Shown piece after piece: positions 36,559-56,160 of a DNA stretch of 64,000 bases (its first letter is position 1; the number at the start of each line of letters is the position of its first letter). The DNA is from Lingula anatina (lineage: Eukaryota > Animalia > Brachiopoda): contig CM120642.1 in assembly GCA_051362555.1 (NCBI GenBank), positions 30,628,001 to 30,692,000 on the forward strand, written 5' to 3'. Position numbers and translations under genes: made by a program. The notes under the pieces were generated by a model. The model saw only the letters and a program-made list of their open reading frames with translations, had not been told where the DNA came from and searched no databases.

Positions 36559-39500
36559 ATGGCAATGAAAACAGTTCAATTAAATACGGCCACTATAGGA
36601 CCGGAATCGTGGCGAAATGCCTCCTTGAAGGCAATCAAGCTGTCGCAGAATATCGTGGGACGGAGCGACAAAGCTTGCGATTTGGGCAGGTCTATGGACC
36701 CTGTCCCGCAACTGAGAGATACTGTTGGACAACTTAGTAATGATGAAATTCATCGATATGTTAGAGAAACCCGCGTTGTGGTTGCCAAACTTAGAGAAAG
36801 CATGTTGGATACAAACGAAGAAATTAAAATGCTTACCAGAGGGAAGGAAGCGCTCGAAAAAGCCCTGGAACATAAACGCAAAGACATTAAACTAAACAGA
36901 GAAAGTTCCGATATTCGTGTTTCAAGACCAGCAAGGGAAAAGGTAGGCATATGTTGTACTTAATTTTTTTATTTCCTGTAATGTTAATTAAATGATAAGG
37001 AAATGCAATTTCTCTTATCAAATGTGTTTTTACATGTTAGCGTTCACAGTGTTGAAAAAAAAACAAAAACAAAAAAAATTATATTTAATATAGATGATAA
37101 TTCCCTCGGCCATATAAGAGTTTGAAATCCAAAGAATTATGTCATGTGCCAATGAAATCTACCCCTGCCCCTGTCCATACACCTAATTTAAAAGATATTT
37201 ATGATAACTAAGACCAGAAACATTTTACCTGTGGGAAAAATGAAGTTGTCTGACTTTTTCCCCTTTTTCTTTCTATCCTTTCATTATAAATGCTTCAGAT
37301 ATCCAAATGGATCTAATTGAAATAAATTTGGATGATTGTTTATATCAAGTTGAAACAATCTAAAATATAAATAGCATTAAGGATAAAACCATTGTTTTGT
37401 TTTCCTTTTTGAGTTTTAAGTGATGAAAGTTGAAAATTAAAATCATTTTGCTTCAAGCCATTTTTAAATTGTAGAATACAAATATATACATTCATTTATG
37501 TTTGCAAATTAAAGATAAGAGTATTTTGTGTTATGTTTGCTTCTGAAGGAAATATCTGATCCCTAAACAGTGTGTCATCAAACACAGACTGTTGCTAGAC
37601 ATGTTTTTCAATTCAATATTCTTGATAATTAGGTATCGATTGTATTCATTCCTGTCACAATGATTGAACTTCATCTATTTTACATGACCAGATTGCATTA
37701 GTGTTGAACAAAGAATTAATTAGTAGTCTCTGAAAGAGAAATCAATTTCTGTTTCACCCTTCAATTTACTGGTCGATTTAGATGAAACTTTCAGGATTGT
37801 GTTAATATTTTTAATCAGAAAGGAGATTTGCAGGAGAAATGTCTTTTTTTATTCATTCATAGGTGGAATATAAAGATATATCATGACCAGGTTTTTATTG
37901 GAAAGAAATATGAAACCATGTTTTGTGATACCCTGGATAGATCATAATCTTTTTGAGATATGAATCTAGCCTCTTATTTAACTACTATAATTGAGAAAGC
38001 TTTTTACCTAAACCAGAGTCTTAAGTATTTTTTGAAAATGTGTGATAAAAAGAATTAAAAGGAAATACTAGATTGCTGCACTTTGAATTGGAGTAACAAA
38101 TGACATCTTTCTTCACTTAGCACCTGTTTGGTGAAGAGCTCTTCAGTTGGAAATCAAATTAAGCCTTATCAATGAGGAAACGCTCAATAAAAATCATAAG
38201 TCCCTTGTGGATGATTTTGTTTGTAAACAAATTATTTCAATATCAAACTTGCCCTGCAATTAGAATGCATGACCGAAGCTTTTGTATGCATATAAATGCG
38301 TAACACCATAGCGTTCTCCCTCAATCAGACGTAGCAACGACTGGGGTGCTAAATTGCATCTATTATGTAGAATTTAAATGAGTATTTGGGGTGAAAGAGA
38401 GTTTATATTTCTCCTTTTTAAACCACTGTTAACAATCATTGATGTTTAGTTAAGGAGTCATGAATAATTGTGCGTATAATCTAAATATTATCTTGTATAA
38501 TCTGAGCAAGGTGCATTAGTGGTGTTTAGCTAGGCTATTTACCAAAGATCAAGTTTCTGACCCTAAGTTGGTTTGTATTAACATGTCAGTCTCTTTATCT
38601 CCCTGGTTACAATTGTCACCAATAATTGTCACCCCCAATTGTCACCCTAAATCACTATGAATTTAAGTCTTTAATCTTAATCTAAAGAAATTAATAGAAA
38701 GTAGAATCTCAGACTGTCAAAACTGACAGTTTCTTAAATAGATGGATGAATGTGTTACCTTTAAATTAAACAGTGTTACTTGAAATATGAGCATCATATG
38801 GCAAGTGGTAAACAGTTAAAGCTATAAGTTTGGGATTACCAAAATTCTTCAAAATAATTATTTTTGGTCTCAAAAATATTTATTCAAGTTCTTGCACTTG
38901 TTGGTCTGTTTATCCAATGTCAGTGGCAGCTTTAGAATAAGTAATAAAACTTGACTCTATAAACAGAGTATTATTCAAACTAAATAAATAATAATACAAA
39001 TTATTCAAGTGAAAATCACCATCTTGTGTGAAAGCATTGTTGTTGATAATGTTTAGCCTGGTTACCAAGGAAGCATGAATTAAGTGATCACTCTGTCCTG
39101 ATTAATTTTCTGTTATGGCCCCCTCTTATCTGTGAGCCTATGTTAAACATGCTCTTTAGAGGCATTTGATGCACTGAAGCAAAATTTATTGCTCAGTAAT
39201 TACATATGTCTAGGTTATAGACATATTTATAACCTATCATGGCTTTGAGAATATGGTATAATTATGTGGTATTCCAAAAATCAGACCATGTGTCTGGTTT
39301 TGAATTTGCTAAAACATTTTATGAATGGGTCAAACATTTTCTATTTATTTATAATTTTTTATTTACATTTATTTGAAAAAAATTACCACTTTTAAGAAAA
39401 GATAATAAACATTTATTCAAATTAAAATTAGATTATTTTTCTTCACTTTCATTTATTTATCATATTTATCTAGTAGTCATTTTAGTCATTTTCAAAGTTC

Positions 39501-41459
39501 ATGTGTTCTTTTAGGACATAGATGGAGCAGATGATTTGCTTGGTGCAGAGCGTATGCACTTGCTGAATTTGAAGAGGATGTTAGAGGCACAGCTTAAATT
39601 AGTACAACAACAACTACAAGTAAGTATTTTTCATTTTAGAAATATTACCAAGAGCACGAGTAATATTTTAAAATTTCTTTGTAAAAAGCTTATTAATGAT
39701 AATAGCCAGTGTCATTTTGATTGTATTTTCCTTTAATATTTTCCTTTTACATTTTATGAAACTAATATTATAATTGTTAAATCATTATCCCTTAAATTTC
39801 ATTGTTCTCATTTTATTTTTCTACCAGGTATTAGATGTAGCCAGAAAGCGCCTAGCAGCTACTATACAGGAGCGTTCCCGTGTTCTTGACCTTGTATGCC
39901 ACGCCCTTTCCTCTGTAGCCAACACCACTGTCCAACACACCAACAATGGCAGAATGAGTGTAAACGGGTACATGGGGTCCACACCACTGCCTCCAAGGGT
40001 TGACCCAATTGGACCCTTCACACCCGAGGCAGAGATTTCTTTGAATGAAGCCAGCGATGCCAGGAACCGCTCTGGCATGCTTCGACGGGAGTTGAAGGAT
40101 CTGATCGACCGCACAGAACAGCTTCAGCAGAGTGCACACAAGTCTGTCAATGATGGACTCACAAGGAAGATAGGAGAGACTGCCACACTCAAGGTAAGAC
40201 AGCCCAACTGTCAGGATGAAGATTAACAGGAATAATAAGGCGCGTCTGATTCAAAATTCATTTGAAAACATTCCTTTTGGGTTATTGTTCTGTATTTTAA
40301 TTTATTGAATGAAGATGGATTTGGTGACAGCTCCTCTACAGGTGAATAAGTTGTTTGAGGAATGACAAGAAAGTGAAGTCATATTTCTGTCATGATTATT
40401 TTCAATTCATACATATTTCAGCAACACTTGCAAGTTGGTGCCGGTGAAAATAGACACTCTATCCACAGAGCTCAGAGATGGTATGATGCCACAGAGAGGG
40501 CGTGGGGATACACCAGGGTAAGTTCATAGTTAGATAGATATAGTAGTATGTGAGATCTGTTTTCACCAGAACTAGTTTAGACCAGATATGGTCCTGTTAA
40601 AACACCATGTTGGATGTAGACTTAAAGAAGTCCTGTCTGAATGAACTTCTAATATTTAATATGGATAAAGCATGGTTTGGAGTTAAATGAATAGCTGTGG
40701 TAGAGAAGAACTATTTGAAAAGTCATACATTGTGGTAGTGAGACAAGTGAAATACTGTGATACATTTTATTAATGCTTTTTAATTTATACTTTATATTCA
40801 TATTATAATTATATATAATAATTATTTATATTATAATTTCTCTATATATCAGGGTCCAGTGACTACTTCTGACTTGACCACCCGTGAACGCCTTGACCGC
40901 CCTCTGGTCAAGATCTACCAACGCCACCCAGGCACTCAGTTGCCAGAGGCACAACTTATTGTGAAGGTATGATATTCCTTTTTTTTTCTGAAACTGCAAA
41001 TTTATAAGTGACTATCAATGCATATGTTTTCTTTTTCTGTATGAATTTCAACTCTACAATAAAACAATTCATGAAATATTGCTTGTAGTTTTTTATTTTG
41101 GATAGTCATGTCATGAAAAAATTATTTTGGTCTTTTAGAAAGGCAGCAGCCATTCACTGACATAATTTTGAGCATTTTGGGAACCAATTTTTTATCGCAT
41201 AAAGTGTCAAATTTATTGCAAAGTAAAAAAGATTTAATATTACGTTTTAAAATTACAATATTTATCCTTTCAGGGAGGGGATGGCCTTCTGGATTCTCTA
41301 ACAGCTACCAGCAGGAACATTGGCTTGCTCAAGTTGGCTCAACTGAAGCTGAAAGAGGACATTCGGGACAAGAAAAGTGCCATGGATGTGGACAGCAGCA
41401 TCTACAGACTGCGACGACGCAAAGCCAACCATCGCTGGGTCATGGGAGAGGCATTTTGA
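36559..41459 (+). CDS. CCDC105: Coiled-coil domain-containing protein 105 / tektin-like protein 1, 416 aa, 6 exons
   Basis: Exons 36559-36942, 39515-39619, 39828-40193, 40422-40517, 40853-40966, 41274-41459 (TGA), all phase 0, GT-AG. Tektin-like motifs RVSRPAREKDIDGADDLL, ERSRVLDL, RERLDRPLVKIYQRHPGTQLPEA, DIRDKKSAMDVDSSIYRLRRR. Confidence 0.9.
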
Positions 41460-42310
41460 ACCCATCGTTAGCTCAACATACTTTTTTTTTCGTAAAATTA
41501 AAGCCTTGCTTGTGTGCATTGCTTTATGCTTTATATTTTTATTTAAAGGAAGGACCAAGTCTCAAAGGATTACTCTTTATTGTCACAATCTGCAAAAGGA
41601 AGGCCATCACAAAGAAAAAAAAAATCAAACTGTATAGAATTCACCTGATCAATATCTTTAATAGCCTTCCCTTCACTGGCAAGAGCCTATTTCACCATCA
41701 AACACATTAAATGAGAAAGTTATTTTTGACAAGAAGAAATACAACATCAAAACCAGTGCAATGGCCAAAGAAATTGGACTGCATGCAGATTTGTACATAA
41801 AAATAATCAGAGATTGACACTGCTGAGGAGACAATCTGAGTTTTTTTTTAACAACTTGTCAAAAGTGACAGTTGAACAGCTAGAAGTATTATGCATAAAT
41901 GTGAGACATTCCAAGATACTGTATTTACTGAATTGCTCAAATAGAAATTAGATAATGACAAGAACGGAGCTCAACTTAGATGCTCCCTTAGCCAGTGGTA
42001 TATTACTACTGATGAGGACTGTGATTTTCTGCTGTTTCGATCTCTGCTTCATATTCTTGTATATCATACAATTTTTCCCACTTTAACTGTAACATATTTC
42101 ATTTTTTCATTTTTTTTTTTTTTTTTGTCATGTGAATAATAAGTACATTTACTCAGTGATCACGTTTGAAATTAACTGAAATAAAAATTTTCAAAAATAT
42201 GTAATTTTCCTTGCTGTAGTGGAATGAAGGTGTTTATTTAGAGTAGGTACTGCACTGGGTTCAAATCAAGATTTCATGTACATCCCCCAATCCCCACCAA
42301 GTTTAAGACC

Positions 42311-42541
42311 CCATTCCTTCACCTAGATCGATCTAGCAGGATCGACCCTTCTCCAAAGGGTTTCTCGCTAAATTACATTCAGCTTACACAGCTCTGATGT
42401 CTGTCATGCCTTTTGAAGCTATTAGGGGGTAATTAACTGTTATTTGGCGGCTTCAGTAGGCATGCCAGACATCTAAACTGCTTAATCTGAATTCATTTAC
42501 CAAGAATCCCCTCTGAGATGGGTCGATCTAGGTATGGGAAT
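42311..42541. repeat. Dispersed palindromic repeat family, copy 2 (between CCDC105 and Rab14 3' ends)
   Basis: CCTAGATCGA...AGGGGGTAATTAACT...TCGATCTAGG; self-complementary arms; homologous to copies 1 and 3. Confidence 0.75.
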
Positions 42542-45500
42542 CTAGGTAGGTATGCTGAGAAAGTAAAACTCTTCTATATTGCTGTCCACTTTTTTACAAA
42601 GGACATCCTTGAAAAATTTAATATTTCTAATTAGGTATAACTGCCTTGAAAATTGTCCTAAAGTGTTTTCTATGAACATATCCTTCAAAGTTTCTGATCT
42701 TTCCTAATTCAGAGTTAAACACTAAAACCTCTGAAATATTGCTACGCAATACCCAAATTTTCTTCCGAGATGTATAGGATGACATGGCAGTTTAAGTGAC
42801 TGGTCAGACATTTTTAAAAACTTTACTTCAGTTCCTCTTGGAAATGGTGTAAAACATCCAATCTAAGGACAGGGATAAATCAAACACTGACTAGAGAGCA
42901 AGAGAAAAATCCAGTTTTTTTTTCCAAAGAAAATCCAATTTGGTAGAAAAACCCCTGATAGTTTTTAACATGTATTAATTTGATATGTGATTAAGTGAAA
43001 CACAACTTGATTTAAAAAAGACACTTCCACAAAAAGCTGTCAGAGGCCCAGGCAGCAAAGATGTCACAATTCTGAAAATCCGATTTCATATAAATTTCAT
43101 TTATTTCTTGTACTTTTCACATTGATATCTTACAGTATATACTAGTTAATTTCTTTATCATTACAACATGTAACTTTATTTCTCATTATGTACACTCCCC
43201 CACAGGCAGAATCGACAATTGTCTTCTGTATATATTTATATAAATATGCCAACAAGGCCAAATTGATAGCTGTTTAATATGTACATATATAATAACTAAC
43301 CTGCAGCTAATAACACTGGTGCCAATTTTTGTTTACATTTTGACATATATTAACATTCTTTGTCAATAGAAAACATGCGTATGTCAAGATTAAACAAATA
43401 ATTCTTGAAGCATCAGATGCATTCTTCACAGGCTAACACATCAAGTGCCAAGCACATTAAATTGAAGCAAGATTTTCACTCGACACCATATTCATTCCTA
43501 CAGGCTGATACACTATATATATCTCTAAATCCCCGTTAATCTGATACAGCAGATAACAACAAAGTTCTTATTTTCTAATTTCGTATCCAAGATCTGCTAA
43601 ATTGTTGGACCCTACAATTAAAGTGTTGATATAATAAGATATCCCATACAGAGTTATAGACTTGGATAGAGCAAATAACCATACTACTTGGACTACTGTA
43701 TTGATGCTCTAGCTAGAAAGGGAAGGGAACAGATTGAGCAAGACAAAAGAAACCTTTTTTTATAGTTGACAAAAGACTAGTTCATACCTGCTTGCTGAAA
43801 CAGCAGTGTAGTTCACAATGCAGTATTATTCACCACACCCTACCAAACTAAGTAAAATGACTGTGGCAGTTAATGAGTGGGTCAGCAAGCTGATGTGAAC
43901 TGGCCTCCATGTAAGTACTTGTAGTGGCCATTCTCCATATGTTAGACTTGAAAAGCTAAGCAAACAGTGCTTACACGATCTGACATTGACTGAGAAACTG
44001 GGATGATGTGAACATTTCTGATTAGACACAAAAATAAATTTTTTCGAAAACTAACAAAAGTGTAGAAGCTTATTAATTAGTAAAAAACAAAACAAAACAT
44101 ACAATGAATTTGCATGGCCAGTCAATTAAATTGGTTGGAAAGCACCAATGTTATTTCATTTTAAGCTTTTTGTCTACAACAAAATATATGATGGTGGCAC
44201 TGGCATACATAATTGTACAAAGGAAGCTATCCATCTGAAGATTTTTAAGAGAAGCCGTCTACCTGCCACCCAATCACCCTATATACTGTTACTAGTCACA
44301 GGATACGGGAGTTGAATCATGAAAGAGAATAAAAGAAAATTTTTACAACAACGAATCAATGGAATGCTTATAAACTGCAGTCTTGTAAGAGAGAAAATGA
44401 CCAAATGCCAAAATAGGGCACCATTCCCAGTTACTATATACTGTCACGGAAATATCATCCCTTTTCTTTCAGTTATGAATGAGCAAAAATTAATTCAGAT
44501 AGCTAAATCAGGTACAAGCACAGTCAAATAAATAAATAAAAAGAACCTTGCTTCGGATGCTTCCATTTCTTTCTACTTTCATTCTTCAATCTTACAAGTC
44601 CCCATTCCGTAATGCCACGTGCGCTGATGGTCCTGTGCCTGTACAATTGGTTTTTATATACTATTACCAGCATATACATATGATATGACACTAAGCACCG
44701 AGTCACTATGTGTGGGAAATGAGACAGAACACACAGGTCATAATTGTTAAATGGGCAAGACTACAGTCATGCATGTATCAATTTACTGATAGTACTACAT
44801 GTGAATGCTAAAGCCATGTGTTTCTAAGCAAAACAACTTGAGTGTCTCCCCTAAAAAAGCCAGACTTTCACTCTGCAGTTATACTACCAGCATACTACTT
44901 TTCACATACAGGCGACTTGAAAAGTCAACTAATCATAAATGAATTATACAGCATTTAAACATTTGAACAAGAATGTAATGGATCCTTGTTGTACATAAAT
45001 AGTGCAAATAATGCTCCCCCCCCCCCTCCAAGTGCTAAGACTGCTACATTGTGCCAAACTAGTATTGTAATCAAGAGAAAAAACCTGAACAAAGAGATAC
45101 AGCTTATAAGCTGTGAAAGAAATTTCACATCTCACTCTTATCCAATCCCTGGCTTATCAGCCTTTTGTGTCCCTTTGTGCCATGCAAAGAATAATGGGGC
45201 AGGTTTGTTTTAATATGTAATTCAGGCCACTGCATTCACCAAAACATCTTAAAAAGAATTTTGGGACTACCTTTAACTATTGCTTGCACCACAGTAATTG
45301 CACTGTCTCATATACAGAGGTGGGGTTCACAAACAATATTCCTGTTTTAGTCAAATTGCCAAAAATGTCTGCAAAATCAAAGGTTTGAACCAAAACCATG
45401 ACAATATTAAATATTTAATAAAACAAATACATGTTTAACCAATGAAAGAAAAGAAATACTGTTGTTGTGAGCCCAGAAAATTAAGAGATGGATATGATTA

Positions 45501-46214
45501 TAACAGGTTTTACTATTTTCCATGTGCATCTTTATCAAGCTGAACAGCATCACTCAAAGAGAGATCCAAATTTCAGTCTTTGGTGGACAGTTCCTGTCAC
45601 ATTTCAACTACAGAGTTATATCATCCAGTTTCTGTATCATTTAACATTGATCATGGTGGTGTCTGTAACAGTAAACATTATATTTCTGAAGCAAAAAGTG
45701 CGTAAACAGCCCCCATCCCTGCTCCCCTTTCCCCTAATGTTCCATGCACATGTGGACTCGCGCACCCACCAATTCTCCAGGCACCCACTAATTCTCTGGT
45801 CCCCGAAGCAGTGATTCCATACTTAAACCGCACCCAATCATTCACTCATTATTAATGGTTAGAAAGAGTGTGACCTCTGCATTTTCAGTTGTCATTTCTC
45901 AAAAATGACCAAATGCAGTTGGCCCTTCTCAAAAATGACAATATTTCCTTATTTCCGACACTTGTTCCCTCCCAAAATTCACTGATCCAGTGTGCCTCAT
46001 ACAGCAATATATATATTTATATTATTTCTCCCTCAAATAGAGGGCATTTGCACAATGCTTCCCAGTTTTTTCATCATCCTCTGTCTCAACTGCACATGAT
46101 TTTCTCATGAATATCACTCTGGGCCACACTCCCCCAGGAAATGTGCTCGGTTCTATCTACAGAGGCTTCCAGTTTTAGTTGTCTGTCCATGGTTAATTTG
46201 TGGTATATATATAG

Positions 46215-50809
<4,595 letters not shown>

Positions 50810-52596
50810 TCAGTCAATCTGAAAGTAACAATAATATTCATGACATTTATTACTTGTATTGCAATTACAAATTACAAATGAAAATATATTATTACGTACC
50901 CTGACATCTGTAAATATTACCTTTTGTATTATTTCCCACACAATGTTTAAATACACAATTGTTTTTGGGTTTCTGAGTAGGTATTTATAGAAAGAAAGAG
51001 AAAGGCAAGTCATGAACCATGTCACATGGCAGAATATACCTTTAAGCTATAAACTCATAGTAACAAGCCTGTCAAGGGTGCAATCTACCTTTCTACAACA
51101 TATTGAGCATTTTGAACTAAATCAGACAACGCACGCTGACATTGGTTTCTCTATTTCTTTCTATTTATGATGGTAAAGAAAGAGAGAGGGGGAGAGGTTA
51201 ATGGGTACCAAAACATTCCATTATTTAGCACTAGTTAAGTTGTCCAAGGATTGTACTTCCTTCCGAATTCTTAACTTGCTTAGCACTGTAGAGATTTCAA
51301 TTATACCTGAATAATTAACAAATCTGCTATATAGAATACACGTTATGAATGGGAATAAAAATAGTGTCTTGGCCAAAGGGTCAATCTTTAATGATCAAAT
51401 TTTCTTTTTCTTACACGTCATAAGTAAGCTTCCCCCCCCCCCTCCCACACACAAACCACCACCACCACAAGTAGGAACCTCAATCATTGTGTATACCAAA
51501 AATTATGTACACTGTATATGCAGCATACATGATACAAGACTGTGAGGACTCCAGTCATAGAGTAAGTCTTCACACCATTAACAGCTACCTGGTCTCAATG
51601 AATCTACCTCCATATCATGTTTTGTCACCAAGGTAACAGTTATTAACTAAGACAAACTTGACTGTAGTTCCAGTCTAACTAGTTCATGATCGCTGCAAGT
51701 GCTTCATTGTTCAGACTGCATGGGAATGTACAATGGTACTGCACCAGAATGGAAATGTTATCTTTTTTTTCTTCATTCAACAAATGCTTTAAGAAGATGA
51801 ATATGCCCCCCCCCCCCCCCCCCCCCCCAACACCACAACCACCAGATTTGCCCCATCACTGCTAAATAACCACCAAACAACTTCAGACGTGTTGATTTTG
51901 AATGAATAATCAATTTAAACTGCATGCCATGTACATAATGTACATATACAAACAGCATCCAATCTTATGATTTTTACATCTGACTGTTACCCCTCTCTCA
52001 AAGTAAACCTCCACATAAGGCAAACTGCTCTCACTCTCAGCAGGACATTTATAAAAATCTTCATGTATCAAAATTAAAATCCTATCGGCGTACAACCTGA
52101 ACCATAATGATATTTAGCAGCTTTATTTTCCCTACCAATAAGCTATAAGTTGACAGTCCACTTCAGGGAGATAACTACCAAGATAACACAGGTCTGAGAC
52201 AGATCATGAGAGAGGGGGCGTAGTCAGCCCGATATTTTTTTCACTTCCACAATTAAATCAGTGCACATGACGTGTATTTCATTGTGCACTCATTTAACAG
52301 TCACCTCCAGAAAAATAAAAGTCTTAATCTGTTTGATACTAAAGTCAGACTCAGTAACTTACATATATGAATCTTCCACAAAGACGTCAGCTGAGTATCT
52401 TACTTGTCTTGACTCACCGATCACGTCACATGACAGTTCTATCATTCAACAATGAAAATAAATGAAACAACAACTTTGGGGCTTTAAAGAGCACATGACA
52501 GTGCAGGTACATGTTTGATATAGGTCTCCTGTGATTATCAAAGCGATCGGTAGTTAGTGAACCTCTATATAATGCGCTACATCAAATATCCCTTAC

Positions 52597-52740
52597 CTCT
52601 GTAGTCAATATTTACACTTTTTCCTGTTTGATCAATCCAATATGGCCGACTATTTTCGGGTTGAACCGAAGGGTTCGCAAGGAGGACTGTCTCACCTACA
52701 GCAATCCAAGCACACTGTCGATAACGTGAGCCGAGGCAAT
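52597..52740 (-). promoter_or_regulatory. Probable non-coding first exon/promoter of Rab14
   Basis: Minus-strand donor AG|GTAAG at 52597/52596; YY1-like GGCCATATT near 52640; CpG frequency rises here; acceptor at 50819-50821 precedes the ATG exon. Confidence 0.55.
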
Positions 52741-53803
52741 AATTTTATTGGATTTATGTGCTTTTTCCTGTCTTCATTTTACTCGTTTCCTTAAAAAAAG
52801 CTTGTGGCAACTTTTTATAGCCAATTCTTACTCTTTTCGAAGAAAGAAACCATTCATCGTGTTTTTAAATAGCATTTTAAGCGAAAAGTAAAGTAAAGCA
52901 CTTGGCGTAAATTATAGGCCTAACTTCTAGGCCTACTTTCAGCCAGGACCTCCCCAAAATGACAAGGAATGAGTTCTTCCCGAGAGACGCAATTTTCTCA
53001 AACTGATCATGATGAATTTTTTCTCGACCAGTCCCTGCACTTGGATTCAGTGTCTTATGCCAGTTTGAATTTAATAGTTTTCGCGCTCTTAAATTACACC
53101 CCCTTACCGTTGCTTCCACGCACCGATCGCAGAGATGCCAACCTCTGGAAATCCAAAATCTGGAGACTCTAAAATTGGGGCGGAGAGGGGGGGGGGGTTC
53201 GCTGCCATTGTGCTCAGGGGGGGGGGGGGGGGGGGGGAACAGAAGCGACCACTCTCTCAACTCCCTCTGCCTCTCCCCAAATAATAAGTTTTTAAAAGAT
53301 CACCCAACTATTCTGAAGACAAATCGTTTTTTAAGTTTTGCGTGAAATATCAACTCAACATAACAGACAAATAATAATAACTAAACATTTACAACCGAAT
53401 GGCTTTAAAATTACTTTTGTCGTCTCAACAGCCTCTATCTGAATGTAAAATTTACCACTAAAATGAATGCGAAAGGCTTACTCAGAGCAAATTTTGTTCT
53501 CCTAAATGTTTAAAAATTTTATTTATTGTTTTGATTCGGGTATTTGAGACAGGACGTTAGCTGACAGTGATACAAATTTTCAAAGTCGCTTTTATCCGGG
53601 AAAGCGGGAGCTTAGTTCTGCATCCGGGAGACTCCCGGATTATCCGGATGTATGCGATCATTACTCCATTTAGCTAAATTACGATGTATCCAAGACGTTA
53701 CTTCCTCGCATCGATGGACCTACTCTCTCTGGCGTTACTCCCACCATCTGGTTTTCAATGTCGATTCAACATATATTTTCCATTTTCGAATCTCGGCATA
53801 AAC

Positions 53804-54040
53804 CAGGGGCGGATCCAGCATTATTTGGCCCTTCCCCCCTCACTTGGCATGGGGTTCGGGCCCGGTGAAGGGCCCCGAGTATTTTTGGTATTTTAGGGGG
53901 CGAACGGTGCCATTTGGTAGGTTTAGAAATATGATTCAGCCAGTCAAAATTCTTATTTCAAGAGGGGTCCATCGGTGTGATTTTTTTCAGAAATCGAAGG
54001 GGAGGGGCGTCGACCCTGACACCCCCTAAATCCGCCAGTG
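53804..54040. mobile_element. MITE with CAGGGGCGGAT...ATCCGCCAGTG termini and 6-bp TSD
   Basis: ATAAAC is duplicated at 53798-53803 and 54041-54046; imperfect ~15-bp TIRs. Confidence 0.85.
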
Positions 54041-54657
54041 ATAAACGGTATGGTTTCGAAATCAAGAATTATGTTTTTTAGCCTCTGTATCCCATTCATA
54101 TTATAAATGTATTATGATGCAGGGGTGTAAATGTACGGAGAAGTAGGCTAGATGTAGCTAATCTTGGAGAAATCAAATGAATATCTCTTTCTTTTGACAA
54201 CATCTGTTGAGGGAACTTTGTGCGATACCAGTGCGTCCCAAAAATGCACTGAAAAAAATTAAAATCATTTTGTTACAGGTAACTCCAGGTTCAACGATGA
54301 CATCAAATTTGTTCTCATGTTTCATTTGCTTAATCTGACCCTTTCCTTATTCTATTTAGATTTTTTCATTATTTTTATTTTTTATGTCTTTAGAATACAG
54401 AAAGGGGTACGTCAAGACTGTTCTTTCACCAAATTTATTCAACTTGCATCCTGAAAATATATTCAGAGAAGTCGAAGATATGAAAGGCGTGAATAAATGA
54501 ATAATCTGAGATATGCATATGATACAGCTTTGTTAACTAATGCAGACCTACAAGAGTTAGTAACACCAGTCAATTAAAAAGGAAAATTACGTATGGAACG
54601 GCAATGAACATAAGAAAAACAAAAAGAATAGCATCAGTCTAATAAGACCGCGTATTA

Positions 54658-54885
54658 TTAAACGGATAATAACTCTAGATCTTCGTATAAGATCTATATT
54701 TCACAATAAAAACATTGTGAACAACTCATAGAAATATAATATTTTCTGTTTTACCACAAAAAACGGCAGTTAAAGCTATTATTTTGATGTCTGAGCTTGT
54801 CCAACCACGCGACCTCCATAGATGGCTGTACTCTGCAATAATCTCTTAAGAGATTATTACAAAAAAATCTTTTAGTAAAAAAACA
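54658..54885 (-). mobile_element. Diverged inverted copy of the TTAA-flanked element at 62011-62277
   Basis: Reverse complement shares CTTAAGAGATTATT, TTTTTGTGGTAAAA, ATGTTTTTATTGTGAA and ATACGAA in the same order. Confidence 0.75.
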
Positions 54886-55069
54886 GGGACTTACTTTGAA
54901 TGTTGAAATGGATTCATTGACCATTGATAAGTATGGGAAAATTGTTTTTTACTCAAGAATTTTTTTTTTTTTTTTTTTTTTTTTGCCAAAACGAATCCTT
55001 TTAAATTTTACATCTAGTCAACACTCTACAGCTCAGAGACATGGCAATGGCAAAAACAACAATGGAAAA

Positions 55070-55425
55070 ACGGAGACTTTTGAAATGTGAGTATACAAAA
55101 AGATATCAAAAATTTTATGGACTGAACACAAAAGTAATTAAGGTTGAGGAAGTATTCAATTATCTAAAAAATAAAACATAATTGAACACCACCAAGAAAA
55201 GAAAATTAACATATTTTGGTCATATCATAAGAAAAGATCATTTGCAGCAGTTGTTATAAGAAGAAAATTTAAAGAAGGTCCAGAATAATATGGATGGACA
55301 AAATAAAGTAATGGACCAGTCCAAAGAAAAAAAGAGAGAGAGAGATAGTGAAATCCTACGAATGGCACAAGAATGAGAGGCATGGCGATCAATGACATGC
55401 GGACAGTGGATGGCCCCTCAGTGAT
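55070..55425 (+). mobile_element. Decayed RTE-type LINE 3' remnant
   Basis: Broken translation FEM*...WTEHKSN...KKRKLTYFGHIIRK...RIIWMDKIK*W...AWRSM matches the typical RTE ORF C-terminus; contains stops and frameshifts. Confidence 0.75.
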
Positions 55426-55925
55426 GACCTTTAAATATGACCCAGCTTGGTTTGGAGCCAGGGAGATAAATTATATGGTTAAATGTACTGTAGACCACTT
55501 ATTTTATAAACGCTCTGATTAATGTGATGGAACTTGATGGATTCACAAAGCGTTGAATGTCCGAAAAATAGCTACTAGCATGTCTAATAGCATGTATGTG
55601 ACCAAAAACGTAGGCCTGCGCGTGAGATACACAATGAAATATACGATTTTTACAGCAGAATAATTCTAATAATTTTCTTGAAAATTTCTACCTTTTTTTT
55701 TCAACTCCCTCAATGTCTTTCCTCAACCGTTACGATTTTGAATATAGCACACATTGGTAGTTAAGGGAAAAGAGTTGGATTTTCCAATTTTTTTCTGCTT
55801 TTGTTAGCGTGAAAAATCAATTAGACTCTATGGAAGAGAATAAAACTTTTCCTGCAGACGTTACCGACAGTACACTAGTGTCCGGTGCCTGTCTTACGGG
55901 TTTCATACCTGTGCCATATCTGAGA

Positions 55926-56160
55926 CCATTCCCAGAGACTATCGTACTAACTTTGGATCGAACTTTCTCCAAGGGGATTCTCGCTTAATTGCAATTAATT
56001 TAAGCGGCTTAGATGTCTGAAGCTGATAGGGGATAATTAACTATCGTTCAGCAGCTTTAGCAGGCGTGCCAGACATCTACGCCACTAAAGCTAAAAGCAA
56101 TTTAGCGAGAAAACCCCGTGGAGATGGACCGATCCTGTTAGATCGATCTAGGGATGGGAA
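55926..56160. repeat. Dispersed palindromic repeat family, copy 3
   Basis: GGATCGAACTTTCTCCAAGGGGATTCTCGCT...ATAATTAACT...AGCGAGAAAACCCCGTGGAGATGGACCGATCC...GATCGATCTAGG. Confidence 0.75.

Noticed and set aside
38609-38650. AATTGTCACC repeated three times, superficially array-like
   Set aside because: Too short, irregular spacers, eukaryotic intron; a simple tandem duplication, not CRISPR.
41168-41710. 180-aa ORF
   Set aside because: Wrong-frame overlap of the last CCDC105 exon plus intron and UTR.
52877-53260. 127-aa proline-rich ORF
   Set aside because: Prolines derive from G homopolymers; non-ATG start; no homology cue.
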